From Camelus ferus (Eukaryota): a DNA stretch of 64,000 nucleotides. Location of the stretch: contig NC_045698.1 of the NCBI RefSeq assembly GCF_009834535.1, forward strand, positions 188,001 to 252,000, written 5' to 3'. The notes beneath the pieces are model-generated. The model was not told the origin of the DNA and searched no databases. It saw only the letters and a program-made list of their open reading frames with translations. The position numbers and the translations under genes are program-made. Shown piece after piece: positions 57,057-64,000 of this stretch (position 1 is its first letter; the number at the start of each line of letters is the position of its first letter).

Positions 57057-60000
57057 GTAGGACTCAGCTGTGCCCACCTGCATCCAGCTGGCTCTCACGT
57101 GGGTCCCACCCAGCGTCGCTGGGTTGGGCCAGTTTGTGCCTCTCGTCCTGGGTAACTACTCGGAGGTGGAGTGCTGAGGCTGGGCAACAGGAGCAGACCT
57201 GGTGGGAGGCGTGGACCGGCCCTCACCCTGCTTGGCCTCACTTGCCCCTGGGGCCCTGGGGCCTCCTCCCAACCTTGCCTGTCCTGGGGATGCCGTGAGC
57301 TGAGTTCCAGCCGGGCACCAGCCCCTCTGCACAAGGTGGCCCGGTGTGTCAGAGCCTTGCAGTGGCTCTGGGTACCTGCCCTTCCCCAGTGCTCCAGGCC
57401 AAGCCTCACTCCCCGCGTGGCCGGGCTGAGTTCCTGAGGAGGAAGTGTGGTTGTCACCACCCATGATCGTGGCCATTACTGGGAATTAGGTCTGAACCTC
57501 TCACAAAATCATGATTATTGTGGGTCTTCGGGAGCAGGTAAGATAAAAGTTTAAGGAGGGCAGGTAGGGGCAGTAGGGCATGGTGGGGACTGCGGCAGAC
57601 TGCTGAGTTCTTGCTCTGTCAAAAGGCAATAGGAGTCAACTGTTGCACGTCCTCACGCTGCCGGAAGACACCTTGGGCTGCAGTGAGGCTGGCCGGCTGG
57701 CAAGGCTGAGGCCCTGGAGCAATGTGGACCCGGTCCCGAACCCCTTCCCACCCCTGCTGCCAGGCCTGGGAATCCTGCGAACTCGATGTGTCTGAGGTGT
57801 GACTCAGCCACTGCACCTTCTTGGCTTCCTCAGCCCTGGGAGAGGGAGGGCAGCCTGCCTTCACCCCTGGCTCCCCCAGAGACCGCTGAGAGAGACCGGC
57901 GTCCCCAGGCGGTTCTGCCCGCTGTGTGCTCCAGCCAGGCCGTCACTTGCCAGCCCTTTCGAAGGGCCCCACCTTGGCCTTCATTTTCCTTCACGAAGCA
58001 GGATCCCCAAACCCTTCTGCAACTGCAGGCCTCTGAGAGCCCCCCAGCCCCGTGTGGGAACTCTGATGCAGTTTAGGCTGCCTCTGGCCTCTGTCTGAAT
58101 GTCCAGGGTCCTGGAGCCCCTCACCTGTGCCCCACTCTGCCCGGAGATGTGGACCCCTTGCTGGCAAAGTAGGTCTGCGTGTGCTGAGATGTCCCATGGA
58201 AAGGCCGTCTGTCCCTGAGGGGAGGCGGAGCACACAGGGCTCTGCGTCTGCTGAGTGGGGCTTGGCCCGGGGACATCCCTGCTCCCTGTGACACCTGCTG
58301 TGTCTGCCCCACACAGGCCCTGGGAGCACCGCAGGGTGGGGATGGGGGCTGAGCTTTGACGGCCCGGCCTGGCCTGTAGTTCACCCAGCACCCAGCCCAG
58401 GTCGGTGCCCCTCGTAGGCTGTGCTCTTTCCCTTTGGACTGGGAGTGTGCCATCTGGGGGTCCATCACCCAGACCCCTGTGGCTGGAGGCACAAGCTTAG
58501 GAAACATTTCTGGAAAAGTAAGTTTGGAGGACAGCAGAGGACGGTAGGTGCCGTGGGGGAGGAACTCAGGTAGGTTACCAGGAGGGTTGTGCGGGCTGGT
58601 GGCCTTCTAGGAAGAGGTGGTAGGGAGGTGCAGCCTGCAGGCCTCACTGAGGCAGCCCCCTCATCGAGTCGTCTAAGGGCCCCTTGCTGCTGCGTTCCTG
58701 CATCTGAAGTGGGGCCTCGTCCGTGCCCCACCATGCTGGCACCAGGACTCTCGCCTGCCCCCTCTTCTCTGTGGGCAGTGACGAAGTCCCTGCGGGTCCT
58801 GCCTCTGAATCTCTGCAGCTGCCAAGGGTCCTGTGTTCCCCCATGTGTCCCACTGGCCCTATTCAGCCGGAATTTTGTTTGGGCCCTTCCAGTGCCCACA
58901 GTGTCCTGTCGCTCCCCAAAAGCACCTGGCATTTCCTGGATTTTGGGGATGGCTGCCCGGGGACTTGGACCTCTGACGCACCCAGGAAAACCAGGACATC
59001 TTTGGATTGTGGGGTACTCTGTGTGACGTGGGCTGGCTTGCTTCCCAGCCCCCACAGCTGCTTGAGCTGCTCAAGTTGAAAGTCAGTGCCAATGGCCAGT
59101 GGGGCCTCCGAGTGGGGTCATGGGCACGCAGGTCCAGGTCAGCGTGGGCTCAGTGCCGGAGGCTGGGTCCTCGGGGCTTCAGGGAGACCAGGGGCTGTGG
59201 CCAGCTTTCTGACTTGGGGTGGAGGCCCCGTGCAGGCCTCTCACAGCCCCTCTTGTGTCCCTTTAGGGAGAGGGCTTCTGTCCCATGGGGGCCCTGCTGT
59301 GGGGATGCTGGGGAGGCCCCTGCGCCTCACCAGTGGAAAGCCCTGTGAGCGCTCAGCATCTCCCCACAGCCCTCTGTGGACCCTGCCCAGCCCCCACCGG
59401 AGCTGACACACAAGCTTGTTAGCCTAAGAGGTTATCTCTGAGATGAGGTCGCAGGAGTTTTGTTTTACTTTCCAGGTTTCCAAAGTCAGACTGAAAATGC
59501 ATTGATTTTTTTAGGTAGGGAAAACTCAAATGTGTAAAACAGCAAAGAAAATCATTTCAGCGCTGCTGTGGTCTTAGGTGGAATCCAGGCTCCTTGACCT
59601 AGAGACCCAAGTCTTGCTGGCTGCTGGGTAGACAGCGCGGGTTAATCAAACCACTGCCGAAAGCCCACTAGCTTCTCACGTGAGCGAACGACCACACAAA
59701 CGCACACAGCCTGAAACAACCATGCCCACGTGCGCCTGGTGCGGCCCAGGGACCCGACTTTGGATAGGGCTGAAGGAGCAGCAGGAATTCTGTCTCATCA
59801 GAGACATGCACCTCTGGAAACAAATGAAGTAGGGCTCACAAAAGCCCGGCTGGGGGGCCCGAGGTGGGGAGAGCCCCTCGAAGGGGTGACTAGGAGGCCT
59901 CTCAGACGGCCCAGCCTTCAGAAACTCCGGACTCCAGCTCCTGGGGCTGTGTCTCCCCACACCCAGGCCCCATATCCATGCCCAGGGGCCTGCACAGTGA

Positions 60001-61339
60001 CCTGTTTGGACAGCTCAGGCCAGGTTGGGGGCTGCCTAGCTGGGGCTGTCCATTCACCTTCCTCCCACAGACACTCCCACCTGCATCTGGGACTTTGGGA
60101 GGGGGGCGGGTCGTTTCCTCTCTGGTCACATCCTCAGGTCCAGCTCTGCCCAGCGAGGCCAGGGTTGGCGGTCTTGGAAAGGCTCTGGTTCTGCTGTTTC
60201 CAAGAGTTGGGGCAGCTGTGCGGGTGTCCACCTGAACACCTGGTTCTTCTTAACCAGAAGCAGAGTGACTTCCCCACTTCCCCACGGATCCCACCCCCAC
60301 CCTGATGCAGATGCCCGGCAGGCCTGCTGAGCCCTGGGCTGCGGGAGGGCCGGCCCCGCCTGTCACGGCCCGGTGAGATAACGACCCTGGTTTCTCCGTC
60401 ACCCTCTCTTCCCGGGGATTCCCAACTCTGCGACCCCTTCAAACTGTACAATTTAGGGAAAAGTCTAAAACATTTTCCTGAGTTAATTTCCTCTGTGAAG
60501 TCAGAAAAAAATCAAGCTATAAAAATTGGATCTTAATCTGTGCTTCCTGACTCAGAAATGGATAAACTACTTTCATCAAAGCTTCCATAAAACGTCAGCT
60601 TTGAGAAGGACATGAACTGGAAAGTTCCAACCTCCACGGGCAACAATGACCTGAAAATTTGCTTGTAATGTTTGTGTTAGTGTTGACTTTCATACATTTT
60701 TAAAAGGCAGTGGGCTTTTTAAATTAATTTGTTTGGTTTTTGCATCAAATGAGGGCTGGCACTTCTAAGCTGTAAAGAACTTCTGTTTGGTACAAGCAGA
60801 GGGATTTTCCACTCTTGCAAATCTCACTGTCCAGAGCCCCAGTGCCTCCTTTGCAGGCCCAGTGGTCAGTCAGCTGGGCTGGCCCTCCCAGAGCAGAAGC
60901 TGGGAGACTCACTAGGTCTGAGGGATAAGTGCCCAGAGTGGGGACCTGCACGCAGTGACCTGGTGCCCATGGTCCACCCAGGCCTGGCGTTAGTCAGTAA
61001 GCAAAACCAAGAAGGGAAGAGGAAGCTCCTGGGGGAACCTGGAGATGCCCCGTGGCAGCGGTGCTGCGCCCCGACCCCTTCACCGCGCTCGCCTGGGCTG
61101 GGGATCTGCTTCACCCCAGCTGGTGGGAAGGTCCAGAAGCCCTCGCTTCGTGAGCCATGTCCCAAGACCCCCTCCCAGGATGCTGTATTTGTTGCCATGT
61201 TAGAAGTGAAGGGCTCCTTGAGACTGTTAAAGATCTTGTGACCCGGCAGTGGAGTGTATGTGATTATTAAGCTAAATTGTACCAATTTTCAGCTTTCACT
61301 GAAGTTATCCTTCCCTGATGAGCCCTGTGATGGGCAGGT

Positions 61340-61605
61340 GTTGTCCCCACTGTGGCTAGACCGGAGACGGGGCCTCTAGGCTGTAATCAGGGTGGAAGGA
61401 GGTCCTGGAGGATCAGCGTCTGCATAAGAAGAGGCCCCAGGCTCTGACTCTCTCTGTCCTGTGCGCACTGTCCCGGAGGCAGAGTCAGGAGGCGACTGTC
61501 TGCAGCCCGGAGAAGAGCCCTGGCTGGGAGCTGAGCTTGGGCATCTGGCCTCCAGGCTGTGAGAAAGTAAGCGGGGTTTTGTCAGAGCAGTCGAGGGCCT
61601 AAGAG
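61340..61605 (+). mobile_element. Degenerate MLT1-like LTR
   Basis: ataagaagagg...ctgcagcccggagaagagccc...ggcctccaggctgtgagaaa. Confidence 0.5.
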
Positions 61606-62989
61606 GCCCTGTGGCGAGGAGGGAGGTTTGGGGCCTGAGTGCCCTCTCTGCATGTGGAGCGTTCGGGGGATCCCTCCCCACTGGGGCTGTGAGGTGGACT
61701 GGCGCAGCGTTCACCTTCCAGCTGTTCAGCTGCTGCGGGAGCCCCTTCCCTCATCACTCTCACTTCCTGGAAGACAGCCTCCCCTCCCTGGGCCATTTCC
61801 AGCACAGACACACTTGTCCTGGGTCTTGTCAGGGCATTCAGAGCAGGGAGCCGGCCCTGCTGTGTGGACACCTGCCTCCTACCCCGGGCCCCAGGCAGAA
61901 AGATCGCCCTGGGTCATTTCGTGCTTGTTTTGTTTCTCCCATCATCTCTTAATTGCTTCCGAGTCTGGCCGGGGAGGGGAAGGCGCTTGGTTCCCTCACT
62001 TATTTGTCCACTCTGCTGGTACCAGCGTCCATCAAGGGCACATCTGCTCAAGGCCAACAAAAAGCAGCTTTGGTTTTTCCTCTTGCTGCCCCTGGATGGA
62101 CTGGAACAGCCCCAGGCTTTTCTGGTACTTTCTGGGTAATTTAGCGTCTTCCAGGCACTGATACCAGTGTGATCAGTCTGGCCAAACAGTTAAAACTCTA
62201 AAAGCATTTCAAGTGTGAGCCTTCTGCCCGCCCGCAATGGTGTTCCAGCCGGTGGGGCCGGGGGTGCACTAGGCTGCTCCTCCCTGGGGTCCAGCCTCAC
62301 TGGCAGCCTTCCTTCCTTAGCCTGGGTGTCATATGGTGCCTCTAGCCTCTTCTGAGGTGCCCTGGCTCCCTCGAGGACCTGGGACACCCCAGGCCAGCGT
62401 TTAGACACTGTGGTCCATTTGCTCCACTGGAAATTAGCATATCTGACCCACCATGGTTGGCATGAGGTACTTCCCACGCTCAGCCCAACTTGGGTTTCTT
62501 GAGTGTAGAGACACACCAACCTCCAGTGCCCCAGCAGCCTCAGGAGGCACACGGCGGGCCCTTGAGGAGCCATCATGAAGCCCTTCTCACTGGGCACCAG
62601 GCAAGGAGGGACCCCCACCCCCTACCCTCCTCCTGATGCACAGCACAGCCCTCCAAGGAAGCCCTCCTCCTGGCCTCGAGCACCTCTCACCTCTGGTGCT
62701 TCCTTTGCAGCCTTGCTGAGGTCACTTGGGAGCTCACTTTGGGCCACAGGTGTAGTTGGCACCTGTCATCTTGGGTCCTTGGCTCAGATTCAGACGGAAA
62801 AGTTCCATATTAACAACCTGTTATAATGCAAGTAAACAGAAGAGCTGCATGGTTCCCACCTCCTGGAATTTAGAGTCAAGTGGGGAAGATCTGCCACCAA
62901 ACACACAGTCTCTTCCACTTTCAGCAGGCACAGTGGAGCGCAACCAGTCAGCCTTCCTACCATAGCACCCAAAATACAGGGTAGAAGCT

Positions 62990-64000
62990 CTGAAACCTTT
63001 CAAACGTACCGACCAGCCATCAGGAAACTAAGGAATACTCATAGACCAAAACTAAGTGCAGCTGAGAACCCAAAGAGAACTTATTAAAGGAAATTGTCAA
63101 GGATGTACTTCATGCAGAGGAAAGAGAAGATTTAGCTTGCAAGAAGGAATGAGGGAGAAGGTGGTGACTATATGTGTCAATCAAGGTAAACATTGATTGT
63201 ATAGATCAATAATAATGGCATATTGGAAGAACAAAAAAACAAAAAAACAAAAAAAAAAAGAAAGAAAGAAAAGAAGTTCCTAGCTCTGATAGCACATACA
63301 TTTGAAGAGGCATGTTTGAGTTAAGATTCCAACAGTTCTTGTATTAATTAATTTTGGAAGTTGATGAGCTAATTCATAATAAAATTTCCGGGATAACCAT
63401 CAAAACAAGAGAAAGGAGGTTTAACTTTGAAACTTGTGGAGAGAAAAAAGTGGAATGAGAAAATACAACCAGTCGAAAGAAAAACAGACAAGAAAAGAGA
63501 AAAAAGAAATGTGAAAGAGTGGATCAAATAAAAAGCACAAAATGCCATGTGTCACTAGTTACAGCAAATGTAAATGGACTAAAGATGCCAACTAAAAGAT
63601 AAGGGTTATTAGAGTGGATTACTCCGTTACTCTTTTGTTTACAAAAGGCACAAAAAGGTACAATGGAAAAAAACTACTAACTGAAAGAAATCTGATGAAG
63701 CTATACTAACGTAAAAAACTGATTTGGGGTGAAAAACATTACTGGAGATCATGAAAGAGTATCATTTAATAATTAGTCATGATGAAAATTTTTATTTCAT
63801 CAAGCAAATAAAAATCTTAAATTTGTGTGCTTCTAATAACATAACCTCAAAAATATAAAACATCAACAGGACTATAAGGAAAAACATATGAATTCATCAT
63901 CAGAGAGAAAGATGTTAAACAGTTCTCTCAATATTTAATACATCAAATAAATAAAATTAGTAAATATTATAGAAGATTTGAAGAATACAAAAATGGTTAA
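62990..64000 (+). mobile_element. Degenerate old L1 (ORF1/ORF2 junction and endonuclease region), runs off the window
   Basis: A-rich; aatgtaaatggactaaa...taaaagataagggttattagagtggatt; aatcttaaatttgtgtgcttctaataacataacctcaaaatata. Confidence 0.75.
63227..63275. repeat. A-rich (CAAAAAAA)n/(GAAA)n simple repeat
   Basis: Read directly. Confidence 0.75.

Overview
Mammalian genomic DNA, GC-rich, carrying the conserved SDHA-PDCD6-AHRR block with all three genes on the + strand. The L1 3' ends and the apparent lack of bovid, suid, cetacean, carnivore or primate SINEs suggest a camelid-like artiodactyl (inference). The window holds SDHA exons 4-15 (893-13032), the complete six-exon PDCD6/ALG-2 gene (CDS 18205-31205, 189 aa), and the AHRR CpG-island promoter with a putative non-coding exon 1 and coding exons 2-3 (bHLH). 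Many L1, L2, MaLR and MER remnants are interspersed. Most notable: (1) the AHRR exon-2 leader is 11 nt, so splicing from any phase-1 PDCD6 donor (exons 2, 3 or 4) would give an in-frame ALG-2-AHRR chimera; (2) SDHA has two +1 frameshifts (exons 9 and 10), probably assembly errors; (3) an upstream ORF lies in frame with AHRR; (4) XRE, kB and AP-1 motif clusters; (5) an inverted pair of related L1s flanks the AHRR promoter, one with a possible short 3' transduction; (6) old L1 copies look strongly GC-shifted. No CRISPR, tRNA, rRNA or prokaryotic system was seen. Exon numbering and human comparisons come from recall, not a database search. Repeat family names and boundaries are by eye.
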